A model generated the notes under the pieces. That model did no database searches. It was given only the letters and a program-made list of their open reading frames with translations, and had not been told where the DNA came from. From Polyangiaceae bacterium (GTDB lineage Bacteria > Myxococcota_A > Polyangia > Polyangiales > Polyangiaceae), in assembly GCA_044376115.1 (NCBI GenBank), contig JBILLK010000009.1, positions 160,001 to 224,000 of the forward strand: a DNA stretch of 64,000 nucleotides. The letters run 5' to 3'. Shown here in pieces: positions 49,357-58,684 of this stretch; position 1 is the first letter of the stretch; the number at the start of each line of letters is the position of its first letter. A program made the position numbers and the translations under genes.

Positions 49357-50724
49357 TCAGGCCATCTCGAGGAAGAGACGATCGGGATCTTCGAGGTAGT
49401 GAATGATGTCGTAAGCGAACGCCGCTCCAACGTGGCCGTCGATGATGCGGTGATCGAAGGAGAGCGAGAGCAGCATCACGTTGCCGATCACGATCTGCCC
49501 GTTCTTCACCACCGGACGCTCTTTGATGCGGTGCACACCGAGGATTCCCACCTCCGGGAAGTTGAGGATCGGGGTGGCGAAGAGGCCGCCCTGCGCGCCC
49601 AACGAGGTGATGGTGAAGACCGACCCACCGAGGTCCTCGCTCTTGACCTTTCCGGACTTGGAGTCCTCCGCGAGGCGCTGGATGTCGCGCGCGATGTCGA
49701 GGATGCTCTTCCGGTCCGCGTCACGCACCACCGGCACGATCAGCCCGCTCTCGGTCGAGGAGGCGATGCCGAGGTGAATCGCGCCGCGCGTGACGATCTC
49801 GTTCGTCGTTTCATCGAACGCGCTCGCCAAGTGCGGGTGCTTCTTCAAGGCCGCAACCACCGCCTTGGCAATGAAGGGAAGGTAGGTGAGCTTGACGCCT
49901 GCTGCCTCCGCTCGCGGACGAAGCCGCTCGCGCAGTGTCATCATCGCGCTCGCGTCGCACTCCTCCACGAAGGTGAAGTGAGCGGCGGTGTGCTTCGAGC
50001 GGGTCATGCCCTCGAAGATGCGCTTGCGCACGCCACGAAGCGGCGTGCGCGTGTCGCCGGCGCCACTCGCAACGGCCTCGGCCGGGCGATTGGCGACCGC
50101 GGCGGCGGGGCGAACGTCTTGGGCGCTTGCGGCAGGCGCGAGAACCGGAGCCGCAGCGGGCGCACTCTTTTGGCCGGCGGCTCGCGCAACGTCGTCCTTC
50201 GTCACTCGACCCGCAGGTCCCGTGGGCTCGACGTTGCGAAGATCCACCGCTGCATCCCGCGCGGCTTTGCGTGTGGCCGGCGTGGCGAGCGGCTTGGCGT
50301 TGAAGTAGCTGCTCTTGGCCGGCGCAGCTCCAGAGGCTGCCTTGGAGCGAGGCATGATGCCCATCCCCGGCAACGTCTCCTTGATGTCTCCGACCGCCGT
50401 TGCAGCCGGACCGTCATCCTTTTTGGCGCTGGCGGGTGCAGCTGCGGGAGCCGCTGCTGCTGGCTCTACAGCCGCCGCCGCTCCGCCGAGGTTGAAGACC
50501 ACCAGCACCGAGTGCACCGGGACGACCTGTCCCACGCCGCCGCGCAGCTCTTGGATGATGCCGGACTTGGGCGCCGTGATCGTCACGGTCGCCTTGTCCG
50601 TCATGACCTCCACCATCGGTTGGTCTTCGGTGACTTGCTCGCCCACGGCGACCAGCCACTTGACGATTTCGCCTTCGGTTACGCCTTCGCCGATGTCCGG
50701 CAACTTGAACTCGTAGGTGCTCAT
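49357..50724 (-). CDS. 2-oxoacid dehydrogenase E2 (dihydrolipoamide acyltransferase), probably branched-chain type
   Basis: One lipoyl domain (LPDIGEG, MTDKA), E3-binding ATPATRK..., catalytic FDHRIIDG. Confidence 0.93.
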   Translation of the reverse strand: MSTYEFKLPDIGEGVTEGEIVKWLVAVGEQVTEDQPMVEVMTDKATVTITAPKSGIIQELRGGVGQVVPVHSVLVVFNLGGAAAAVEPAAAAPAAAPASAKKDDGPAATAVGDIKETLPGMGIMPRSKAASGAAPAKSSYFNAKPLATPATRKAARDAAVDLRNVEPTGPAGRVTKDDVARAAGQKSAPAAAPVLAPAASAQDVRPAAAVANRPAEAVASGAGDTRTPLRGVRKRIFEGMTRSKHTAAHFTFVEECDASAMMTLRERLRPRAEAAGVKLTYLPFIAKAVVAALKKHPHLASAFDETTNEIVTRGAIHLGIASSTESGLIVPVVRDADRKSILDIARDIQRLAEDSKSGKVKSEDLGGSVFTITSLGAQGGLFATPILNFPEVGILGVHRIKERPVVKNGQIVIGNVMLLSLSFDHRIIDGHVGAAFAYDIIHYLEDPDRLFLEMA

Positions 50725-50746
50725 GTTGTTCTCGCGAAAGGGGCGA

Positions 50747-51721
50747 TCAGTAGCGGGCCGTCTCGAGGACTGCCGGGAGAATGCGGTGAGAGAGCGGTAG
50801 GTACTCGTTCTCGAGCGTGTAGGGGAAGGGCGTGTCGAAGCCGGTTACGCGCTTCGGCGGGGCCTCCAAGTGGAGGAAGGCCTTCTCGTTGATGAGCGAC
50901 ACGATCTCCCCACCGAGCCCGCAGCTCTTGGGGGCCTCATGCACCACGACCACGCGGCCAGTCTTCTTGACGCTGGCGACGATGGCGTCGATGTCGAGCG
51001 GCCAGAGCGTGCGCAGATCCAAAACGTCGCACTCGACGCCTTGTTCAGAGGCTTTCTGGGCTGCATCGAGCGCCTCGTAGAGCATGGCGCCCCAAGCGAT
51101 GATGGTCACATGCTCGCCCTCGCGTGAGAGCGCAGCCTTGCCCAGCGGGACCGTGTAGTCGCCCTCGGGGACCTCGCCTTTGGCGGCGCGGTAGACTCGC
51201 TTCGGCTCGAAGAAGAGCACCGGATCCGGATCGCGGATCGACGACAGCAATAGGCCCTTTGCGTCGGCGGGGGTGGCCGGGCAAACGACCTTCAGGCCGG
51301 CCACGTGAATGAACTGCGACTCGGGCGACTGCGAGTGATAGTGGCCACCGCGGATGCCGCCGCCCACCGGTGTGCGAATCACCATCTTGGCCGGATATTC
51401 ACCGCCCGACCGATAGCGATACTTCGCCAACTCGCTCACGATCTGGTCGTACGCGGGGAAGATGAAGTCACCAAACTGGATCTCGGGGACGGGAACGAGC
51501 CCGTAGAGCGCCATACCGATGGCCGCTCCGATGATGCCGCCTTCACTGAGCGGCGTGTCGATCACGCGGTCATCGCCGAACTCTTCATGAAGACCTTGGG
51601 TGACGCGGAAAACTCCACCAACTTTACCAACGTCTTCGCCCAAGCAGAGCACGCGCGAGTCACGGCGCATCTCGAAGCGGAGCGCGTCGTTGATGGCCTG
51701 AACCATGTTCATTTGCGGCAT
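50747..51721 (-). CDS. 2-oxoacid dehydrogenase E1 beta subunit
   Basis: GEDVGKVGGVFRVT, DTPLSE, EIQFGDF, GHYHSQSPE, FFEPK. Start at MPQMNM. Confidence 0.93.
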   Translation of the reverse strand: MPQMNMVQAINDALRFEMRRDSRVLCLGEDVGKVGGVFRVTQGLHEEFGDDRVIDTPLSEGGIIGAAIGMALYGLVPVPEIQFGDFIFPAYDQIVSELAKYRYRSGGEYPAKMVIRTPVGGGIRGGHYHSQSPESQFIHVAGLKVVCPATPADAKGLLLSSIRDPDPVLFFEPKRVYRAAKGEVPEGDYTVPLGKAALSREGEHVTIIAWGAMLYEALDAAQKASEQGVECDVLDLRTLWPLDIDAIVASVKKTGRVVVVHEAPKSCGLGGEIVSLINEKAFLHLEAPPKRVTGFDTPFPYTLENEYLPLSHRILPAVLETARY

Positions 51722-51764
51722 GTCGTTCGATTCCTCTAAAGGATAGGAAGTCTCAGAGTGGAGA

Positions 51765-52988
51765 TCAGTGCCCGTGCCCCTTGGGGCGTGTACCTGCTTG
51801 CAGCTCGGCCTTTTGCTCGCGCAGGTGCCAAGGCATGTCGAAGTACACCTCCTCGAACATCGAGTCGAGCGAGGGGGCATCGGTTGCTTCAGCGACCTTG
51901 ATGGCAGCGCGCAGCTCAGCGTCCACTTCGGCCTCGAGCGCTTTATCGTCGGCGTCGGTCCAGCCTTGGGTCAGCTTCATGTAGTTCTTGAGCCGGGGCA
52001 GCGGGTCTTGAGCGCGCCACGGATCCACCGAGCCGTCGGGCCGATAAGCCTTCGGGTCGTCACTCGTGGAGTGGCCGCTGAGCCTGTACGTCATGGCCTC
52101 GATCAAGGTCGGACCTTCACCGCGAGCGGCGCGATCGATCGCGTCACGGGTCACCTTGATCACCGCGAAGATGTCGTTGCCGTCCACGCGAACCCCGGGG
52201 AAGCCGTACGCGATGGCCTTCTCGGCGAACGTCTTGCTGGCCGTTTGTCGTTCGGTGGGGACGCTGATGGCCCAACCGTTGTTGCGGCAGAAGAGCACCG
52301 TGGGCGTCTTGTACACGCCGGCGAAGTTCATGCCGTTGTGGAACTCGTTCGAGCTGGTCGCGCCTTCACCGAAGTAGACCATAGTCACGAGATCGTCCTT
52401 CTTGAGCTTGGCCGCCCAAGCGAAGCCGACGCCCTGCGTAATCTGCGTGCCGATGGGCGAGCTGATGCTGGTGACCTTCGCCTTGCGGTAGCAGTAGTGG
52501 TCCGGCATCTGACGGCCTTTCGCCGGGTCATTGGCGTTGCCGAACATGTTGTCCACGTAGCGTTGCAGCGGCATACCGCGCCAGAGCGCTCCACCGAACT
52601 CCCGGTAGCAAGGGAACATCCAGTCTTGCGGCCGCATCGCGAAGGCGCTGCCGATGATGGAGGCCTCTTCTCCGAGCGAGCCGATGTGAAAGCCGATGCG
52701 ACCCTGACGCTGCAGCGTCACCAGCCGGTCGTCGAGGATGCGCGTGCGCAACATCGCCGTGTAGACCGCGCGCACCTCTTGCGGTGTGAGCCCCGGATCC
52801 GTGCGCGGATCAAGCGTGCCGTCCGCTTGCAAACACTTGACGACGTCAGGTGCGAGCGTGTCGCTCGGGTGGCGGGCGACAGCCGGCCCAACTTCGATAT
52901 TGTCTACGCGGCTAGCGTGCTGAGCTTGTTCGAAAGTCTCAGTCGCTGCGCTGGCGCCAGAGTCACTCTTCGCATGCTGGGTGGTCAT
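51765..52988 (-). CDS. 2-oxoacid dehydrogenase E1 alpha subunit (branched-chain type)
   Basis: LQRQGRIGF, GEEA, KGRQMPDHY, TPP motif GEGATS...NNGWAIS, HSTSDDP. Confidence 0.92.
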   Translation of the reverse strand: MTTQHAKSDSGASAATETFEQAQHASRVDNIEVGPAVARHPSDTLAPDVVKCLQADGTLDPRTDPGLTPQEVRAVYTAMLRTRILDDRLVTLQRQGRIGFHIGSLGEEASIIGSAFAMRPQDWMFPCYREFGGALWRGMPLQRYVDNMFGNANDPAKGRQMPDHYCYRKAKVTSISSPIGTQITQGVGFAWAAKLKKDDLVTMVYFGEGATSSNEFHNGMNFAGVYKTPTVLFCRNNGWAISVPTERQTASKTFAEKAIAYGFPGVRVDGNDIFAVIKVTRDAIDRAARGEGPTLIEAMTYRLSGHSTSDDPKAYRPDGSVDPWRAQDPLPRLKNYMKLTQGWTDADDKALEAEVDAELRAAIKVAEATDAPSLDSMFEEVYFDMPWHLREQKAELQAGTRPKGHGH

Positions 52989-53200
52989 CGCGGGGGGACC
53001 CTAGTTCGAATGGCCTGCCATGTGAACAACACAAAATCGTCTGCCGCGAAGCGCGATAACGCACTGCGATGCAAGCGAGGCTTGCGCCCTCAACTTCCGC
53101 TGAAGGTGCGTTCGCTTGCGTCATCGGCTGCAGCCGAAGCCCGCCCCGAGATGGCTGCATCCCTCAACGACGCGGACGGGCGCAGGAACTGGTTCGGCGG

Positions 53201-53794
53201 TCAGCCGAGCGCTTGACGGGCTGCTGCGAGCGCTTGCTCGACCGCGCCGGGGGCCAGACCGAAGCCGGCGGCGAGCTTGTCCATCGTCGCTCGCTCCACT
53301 TCGCTCACACCGCCCGAAATCTGCGCGATGAACGCTGCAACGCGAAGGACCTCCTCCTGTTGCTCTGGGCGAGTAACGGTGCTTGTGACTGCACTCAATC
53401 GCTTTTCGAGACCGTCTTCTTGCAACAGTTCGGCTAAATCCGCGAGCAACGCAGCAAGCTGCTCGGAGGTTACGTGCTGATTGGTTGCTGCCAAAACGAC
53501 CTCTTCGAATGCGGCTCGTTCGTCGGCGTCGAAGTCTCCGTCGGCGTTCGCGACAAGGAAGGAGCCTTCCACCAGCGCCTCGAACAGTGCGGCTGCGGCG
53601 GGGTCAAAGCCGGTGGGCGGCGTCTTCTCTGACTCGGGCCGGACTGCGTAAAGCTCTGCGGCGCGCGCCAGAATCGAGTCCTTGTCGCGCCCACGTTGCG
53701 AGGCGTCCACAACGACAGTCGACGGCGGCATCGACGCTCGCGCGATGCGGAGTGCTGCAGCAACCTTTTCGATGAGACTCTGATCAACAGCCAT
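53201..53794 (-). CDS. TerB-family (tellurite resistance-like) protein
   Basis: LVANADG.FD..ER and A.ISGGVS.VER motifs. Confidence 0.75.
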   Translation of the reverse strand: MAVDQSLIEKVAAALRIARASMPPSTVVVDASQRGRDKDSILARAAELYAVRPESEKTPPTGFDPAAAALFEALVEGSFLVANADGDFDADERAAFEEVVLAATNQHVTSEQLAALLADLAELLQEDGLEKRLSAVTSTVTRPEQQEEVLRVAAFIAQISGGVSEVERATMDKLAAGFGLAPGAVEQALAAARQALG

Positions 53795-54013
53795 GTTTTG
53801 GTTTGCCGTTCCTTCGGAGTGCGCCCTGGGAGAGCAGGTGGGCGTTGGCCCGAGTCATAGCCTGGAATTGGTCGTGAAAACGGGTGCCCCGTCAAGCGTT
53901 CTTTCGTTGAGGCGGGTTTGGGCCCGACACTGCCTCACTCAGGAGTGGCTTGTGTGCGCGGCCCGTATCATCCCTGAGAAATCTTGGTGTCCTTGATCTA
54001 CTCTGCGGAGTCC

Positions 54014-55993
54014 ATGCCCGGACGGGACCCTCCTCACCAACAAGGCCCTGGCTTTGGACTTCACTTCGAGGTGCTTTCTCAGATCGCCGTCGGTTCGACC
54101 GCGAGGGTTGATCTCTGTCGCAGTACGGGGCCGCGGGATCCAGGTCAGCTGATTGCGGTCAAGCGGCTCTTGCCCGAGCTATTGCACGATGACGCGTTGG
54201 CGAAGCGCTTCCTCGATGAGGTGTGGATGACCGCTGCGTTGCGGCACCCCAATGTCGTCGGGGTGGTTGGCTGGGGGCACGATCGCGAGGGCCCCTACCT
54301 CGCGGTGGATTTGGTTCAGGGCGTCTCGCTCGCTCGCTTATCGAAGAGCGTGTTTGAGACGGGCGAGCAGTTCCCCGAACGGCTCGTGGTTTACATCGGG
54401 TTGTGCGTGGCGCGCGGCCTCTCCGCTGCCCATGAATTGCGTTCCGAACGCGGTGAACACTTGCAGCTCGTGCACCGCGATTTGACCGCGGGCAACGTGC
54501 TCTTGGGTTTTGCTGGAGAGGTGCGCATCGCGGACTTTGGTTTGGCGAAAGCCAAGGACCGTCTCACCGTCACCACCAGCGAGCTGCCCAAGCGCGGTAT
54601 TGGGCACGTCGCGCCAGAAGAGCTGGAGCAACGGCCGGTCGATCATCGCTCTGATTTCTTCGGGCTGGGTGTGCTGCTCTACGAGACGCTGACCGGAAAG
54701 GCTCCCTTTCGCGGCAAGGACGACGTGGACGTGCTTCAGGCTGTGCTTCGCAAAACGCCTCCGGATCCAGGCCTTGTGCGGCCCAAGGCGGACCGGTCTC
54801 TTTCGCAGTTGGTGCTCGCCTGTTTGGAGAAGCAGCCTGACGCTCGTCCGCCCTCGGCGCGCGCGATCGCGGCCTCGCTCGAGGAGTGGCTCTACAACCG
54901 AGGCTACCTTCAGGACTCGCCCGAGGCGCTCGGGCGCTTTGTCCGACGCAACTCAATGCGCCAGATGCGTTGGTTCGAGCGCGCCATCGCCGGGGAGCCG
55001 GAGCCCGTCCCCGGACATGTTCCGCCGCCCGCTGGACAATATCCTGGAGAGCTGAGGCCGGCCCGCGGTCCGCTTGCGAGCATGACCTCCTCCAGCAACG
55101 AGCCTACCGTCGTTGACGGGCGCAAAGCTCCACCGCCGCGCCGGACGCGGGCAGCTACGGATGGCTCGCCCCGCGCACGTCGGCGGGACTCCTCCCCAGG
55201 AATGGATCTATCGACCTCGGATGGCGAGGTGATCACCCGACAGGCCCTCGGAGTGGGTGTTCCCTCGATGGTCGACGAAGAAGGTGAGGATGATCCGACG
55301 CTGGCGCTGAAGCTGGACCCGGCGATGGCTAAGCAGATGCGCGAGCACTTCGAGGCGACGCGGCAGCGCAACGAGCCGAACCCGTCGTCAGCGGCTCCGC
55401 CGCCGAGTGGAGCCGATTCGACGCCTCCTGCACCGCCCGTTGCCACCAAAGGCGCGAGCGGTCCTCCTCCGCTTCCCCTCGCCATTCCCCATGGCCTTCC
55501 GTTCCCGCGGCCGATTCCTCGTGAGCCGCTCGCCACGGTGCGGATCGAGGACGTCGAAACGGCAGACTCGTCCACAGAGAACCTGCAGGTCGTGCAAAAG
55601 ATGCAACTCGCAGCCCAAGCCGAGGCCGCCGCCAACGCTGCTGCCGCCAACGCTGCCGCTGCGAGTGCTCCTAGCAACAACGACGAACGTGCCCAACGCA
55701 GCAAGAAGTCGCTGCCGAACATCCTCGAGCACATCGAGAACGAGCTGGCCCTGTTGCGTGCGCTCGCCCGCGAGCGCCATGAAGCCGCTCGCGTCGCCCG
55801 CGCCGAAGCTCACGCTGCTGCTGTGCGCGCCGATGAGGCCGAAGCCGACGCCCGCGCCGTCGAACGTGCGATGGCGGGTGCGCGGCAAGCGATGGATCTC
55901 GCGAGTCGAGGGGACCCGCTGGGCGCCACCAAGAAGCTCGAAGAGGCCTTCAGCGACGTCGCTCGGCCCCGCCAACCGAAGCCGACGACCTAA
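54014..55993 (+). CDS. Cytoplasmic Hanks-type Ser/Thr kinase with Pro-rich linker and C-terminal coiled coil
   Basis: IAVKRL, RFLDE, HPNVV, VHRDLTAGNVLL, IADFGLA, APEE, RSDFFGLGVLLYE. No TM. Start may be 53984. Confidence 0.9.
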   Translation: MPGRDPPHQQGPGFGLHFEVLSQIAVGSTARVDLCRSTGPRDPGQLIAVKRLLPELLHDDALAKRFLDEVWMTAALRHPNVVGVVGWGHDREGPYLAVDLVQGVSLARLSKSVFETGEQFPERLVVYIGLCVARGLSAAHELRSERGEHLQLVHRDLTAGNVLLGFAGEVRIADFGLAKAKDRLTVTTSELPKRGIGHVAPEELEQRPVDHRSDFFGLGVLLYETLTGKAPFRGKDDVDVLQAVLRKTPPDPGLVRPKADRSLSQLVLACLEKQPDARPPSARAIAASLEEWLYNRGYLQDSPEALGRFVRRNSMRQMRWFERAIAGEPEPVPGHVPPPAGQYPGELRPARGPLASMTSSSNEPTVVDGRKAPPPRRTRAATDGSPRARRRDSSPGMDLSTSDGEVITRQALGVGVPSMVDEEGEDDPTLALKLDPAMAKQMREHFEATRQRNEPNPSSAAPPPSGADSTPPAPPVATKGASGPPPLPLAIPHGLPFPRPIPREPLATVRIEDVETADSSTENLQVVQKMQLAAQAEAAANAAAANAAAASAPSNNDERAQRSKKSLPNILEHIENELALLRALARERHEAARVARAEAHAAAVRADEAEADARAVERAMAGARQAMDLASRGDPLGATKKLEEAFSDVARPRQPKPTT

Positions 55994-57372
55994 CGCTGGG
56001 CCTGGCTTTGAACCGCCTGTTGCGCGGCCGCTAAGCGCGCCTCGAGGTCCTTCTGCTTGCGGCCGTCTTGCAGTTTGGCTGGCAACGCTCGAAAGCCCGC
56101 GAGCTCCTCTTGCAAGCTGGCGAGGGCCTCGGCATGCCGCCCGAGCTTTGCGAAGGCCTTCGATTGCATCGCTAAATAGCGCAGTCGGCGGGGCCCGTAC
56201 GAAAGCTCCAGCGTGCGCGCGAGCGGCGCTAGCGCAGCTTCGAAGCGGCCTAGCTCGAGCAACGTGAAGGCCAATCGAGCCGGCGGTTCGTAGTTGTCGG
56301 GGAACTCTTTGCAGCGCGCCTCGAGCATCTTTGCGGCTTCATCCCCGCGATCTAGCGCGAGGTAGGTGAGCATCCGTTGATAGTCGTGCACTTGCGCTTG
56401 GGCCGGCGTGTCGGCAGCTTGCACGGTGCTCTCGAGCAGCAGCAGGCGCTTCTCCTGAAGCGTACGGGCCTCGCTTTTGCGGCCCTGTTGGTCCAGCCAT
56501 TCGGCCCAAGCGCCCATGGCGTCGGAGCGGTCATCGACACTGGCGCCCTCAGCGGGCTGCTCGATCATCCGTGGCAGTCGTTCGCTCACGAAGAGCTGCC
56601 CGGCCTCCTTCCGCTTGATATCGGCGTCGCTCGAGCAGCGGAGGATCTGAAGGAGCACGTCGACGCTGGCGCTCGAACCTTGCACGCTGTCGCTCAAAGC
56701 CATGCCTTCATCGACGCAGCGATCCGGTTGCTGCTGCGCCACCAGCGTCTGCAACAATCCCGCGACTGCTTCCTTCTTTGCGTTGGCCGCGAGCAAGCCG
56801 GCGGCTTGCCGATAGAGCGCCGCTGCACTCGCGTGATTGCCGGATTGCGCTTCACGGTGAGCCTGCGCAAGTTCTCTATGTCCTGGCTCTGGGTTGGCCC
56901 TGCTTCGGGCGGCGCGCTCGAGAAAGCTGGCCGTTTCTTCGAGTGACATCGAGCCGCCGTAGGACGCAACAAGCTCGCGCGTAACCGGGTCGAACACGAG
57001 GAAGGTCGGCCAAACCCGCAGCGGGTAACGCTCGACGAAGGCGAGCGCCTCCGGCCTGTCGGTATCGATCTCGAGAAAGTCGAACTGCGTTGCAAACCGA
57101 CCGAGTTCGCTGCGGTTCCAAACCGTTTCCCGCATCGAAAGGCAGGTGTGGCACCAGGGCGCCCAAGCGTCGACGAGCAGCAGCTTGCCGCTGTTGCGAG
57201 CCGCGAGCATCGCCTCGTCGAAGTCCCCGCTCTGGAACGTGAGCGGCTGGCTTTTCGCTGGCTCAGCTGTCGATACGGGCGGGGCGAGGGGGCTCGGGGG
57301 CCGTGCTGTGCCGCAAGCGACCAACATCAGGCAACCCATTCCTAGCCACGCCCGGGTCCTCGTTGAACGCAC
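55990..57372 (-). CDS. Thioredoxin-domain + TPR lipoprotein
   Basis: GTG 57372 gives the signal MRSTRTRAWLGMGCLMLVAC; DAWAPWCHTC, cis-Pro WPTF, C-terminal TPR-like helices. Confidence 0.82.
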   Translation of the reverse strand: MRSTRTRAWLGMGCLMLVACGTARPPSPLAPPVSTAEPAKSQPLTFQSGDFDEAMLAARNSGKLLLVDAWAPWCHTCLSMRETVWNRSELGRFATQFDFLEIDTDRPEALAFVERYPLRVWPTFLVFDPVTRELVASYGGSMSLEETASFLERAARSRANPEPGHRELAQAHREAQSGNHASAAALYRQAAGLLAANAKKEAVAGLLQTLVAQQQPDRCVDEGMALSDSVQGSSASVDVLLQILRCSSDADIKRKEAGQLFVSERLPRMIEQPAEGASVDDRSDAMGAWAEWLDQQGRKSEARTLQEKRLLLLESTVQAADTPAQAQVHDYQRMLTYLALDRGDEAAKMLEARCKEFPDNYEPPARLAFTLLELGRFEAALAPLARTLELSYGPRRLRYLAMQSKAFAKLGRHAEALASLQEELAGFRALPAKLQDGRKQKDLEARLAAAQQAVQSQAQR

Positions 57373-57486
57373 CGCGCGAGCATGGGGCGGAGCCGTTCTG
57401 CAGGCAAAGCCATTGTTGCAGCGCTCCGCTGTCGAACTTGCGTTGACGGCGCCCAGGTCACAAGGCAAGAAGCCGCCCGAGGCCCT

Positions 57487-58608
57487 GTGAAAACTCATCG
57501 CTTGCTGGGTTGCTTGCTGCTTGCCACCACGGTCTGCTTTTCCTCGGTTGGCTACGCGGGAGATCCAGCCAAGCTGAAGGCTGCCTCGGATTCGTTCGCG
57601 GCTGGCGCTCGCGCCTTTGAGGACAAGCGCTTCGAGGAGGCTGCCGCGCACTTCGAGGCGGCCGACGCCGCTGCCCCCAGTCCTCAAGCCTTGCGGCTCG
57701 CCATTCGTTCTCGCTTGAATGCTGGCCAAGAAGCTCGCGCGGCGACGCTCTCGGCCTTGGCGCTCGAGCTGCACCCCGGCGATGAAGAGTTATCCAAGCT
57801 CGCGACCACGACGGTTGAGGCAGCGGGTTCCAAGTTGCACAAGGTGGCGGTGAGCTGCGCATCCCCGTGCCTGCTCGCAGCAGGCTCCAAGATCGTCCAC
57901 GGCGAGCCCCGTACCCGCTGGACCCTCTTCCTCGAGCCGGGGTCGGTCGTTCTCGGTGCGAGCTTCGTTGGTCGCATTGCCGCTGATGATCAGACCATCA
58001 AAGCCGCGGCCGGCAAGTCGTCGAATGTGCGCTTTGAGCCGAAGAAAGACGGCCCTGCGAGCGGCGGTGGCGCGGCTGCCGGTGGTGCGGGCGGTGGCGA
58101 CGGAGGCGGCCCAGCGAAGGGTGGCTCGGACGCAGGTGGGGCAGGGGAAGGTGGAAGCGCCGGTGAACCCGCCGGGGGCTCTGGCGGTGGTGAGGAGCCG
58201 ACGCCTGCCGAGACGAGTTCGGGCGGGATCCATCCGGCCTTTTTTATCGTTGGCAGCGTGGTCACGGCGGGTCTTGGCGGCACGGCCATTTGGTCCGGCA
58301 TCGACACCGTCAATAACCCTGGGGAAGATGCTGTGAAAGCAGCCTGCGCCGGCAAAGGTGAAGAGTGTCCGCTTTATCAAGAGGCGCAGGACAAGGAGCT
58401 GCGCACCAACATCCTGATCGGTGCCACCGCCGGGGTGGCTGCGGTGAGCGTGGTTTTGGCCATCGTGACCGACTGGGGTGGGGGCGAGAAGCCGGTTGAG
58501 CCGGCTGCAGAAAACGTCACGTTCGACTGGCCGCGATTGTGGCTTAATGGGGGCGGTGCTAACTCTGCACCCACCGTCCTGGTCGAAGTAGGGGGCCATT
58601 TTCTGTGA
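57487..58608 (+). CDS. Secreted TPR + PEGA-like protein with a hydrophobic C-terminal region
   Basis: Signal from GTG 57487, A...F..G..AF...RF.EAA..FE.A TPR, beta domain, Gly linker, two hydrophobic segments flanking a Cys pair, terminal VEVGGHFL. Confidence 0.75.
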   Translation: MKTHRLLGCLLLATTVCFSSVGYAGDPAKLKAASDSFAAGARAFEDKRFEEAAAHFEAADAAAPSPQALRLAIRSRLNAGQEARAATLSALALELHPGDEELSKLATTTVEAAGSKLHKVAVSCASPCLLAAGSKIVHGEPRTRWTLFLEPGSVVLGASFVGRIAADDQTIKAAAGKSSNVRFEPKKDGPASGGGAAAGGAGGGDGGGPAKGGSDAGGAGEGGSAGEPAGGSGGGEEPTPAETSSGGIHPAFFIVGSVVTAGLGGTAIWSGIDTVNNPGEDAVKAACAGKGEECPLYQEAQDKELRTNILIGATAGVAAVSVVLAIVTDWGGGEKPVEPAAENVTFDWPRLWLNGGGANSAPTVLVEVGGHFL

Positions 58609-58627
58609 TCTTCGGTCGAACTGCTCT

Positions 58628-58643
58628 TGGCAAACCAATCGCT
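58628..58643 (+). promoter_or_regulatory. Candidate sigma-54 promoter of the membrane kinase
   Basis: TGGCAAACCAATCGCT with GG-N10-GC spacing, intergenic, about 40 nt before GTG 58685. Confidence 0.45.
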
Positions 58644-58684
58644 GATGGGCCTCTTCCGGCCGATCTAGCTTGCGTGGAGACCAC

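Noticed and set aside
49399..53216. Long + strand ORFs (497 aa and 482 aa) opposite the dehydrogenase genes; similar antisense ORFs at 27993-29084, 36195-37076, 17146-18045 and 61155-62291
   Set aside because: Shadow ORFs produced by high GC3 codon bias on the opposite strand of well-supported genes. They have no recognisable motifs.
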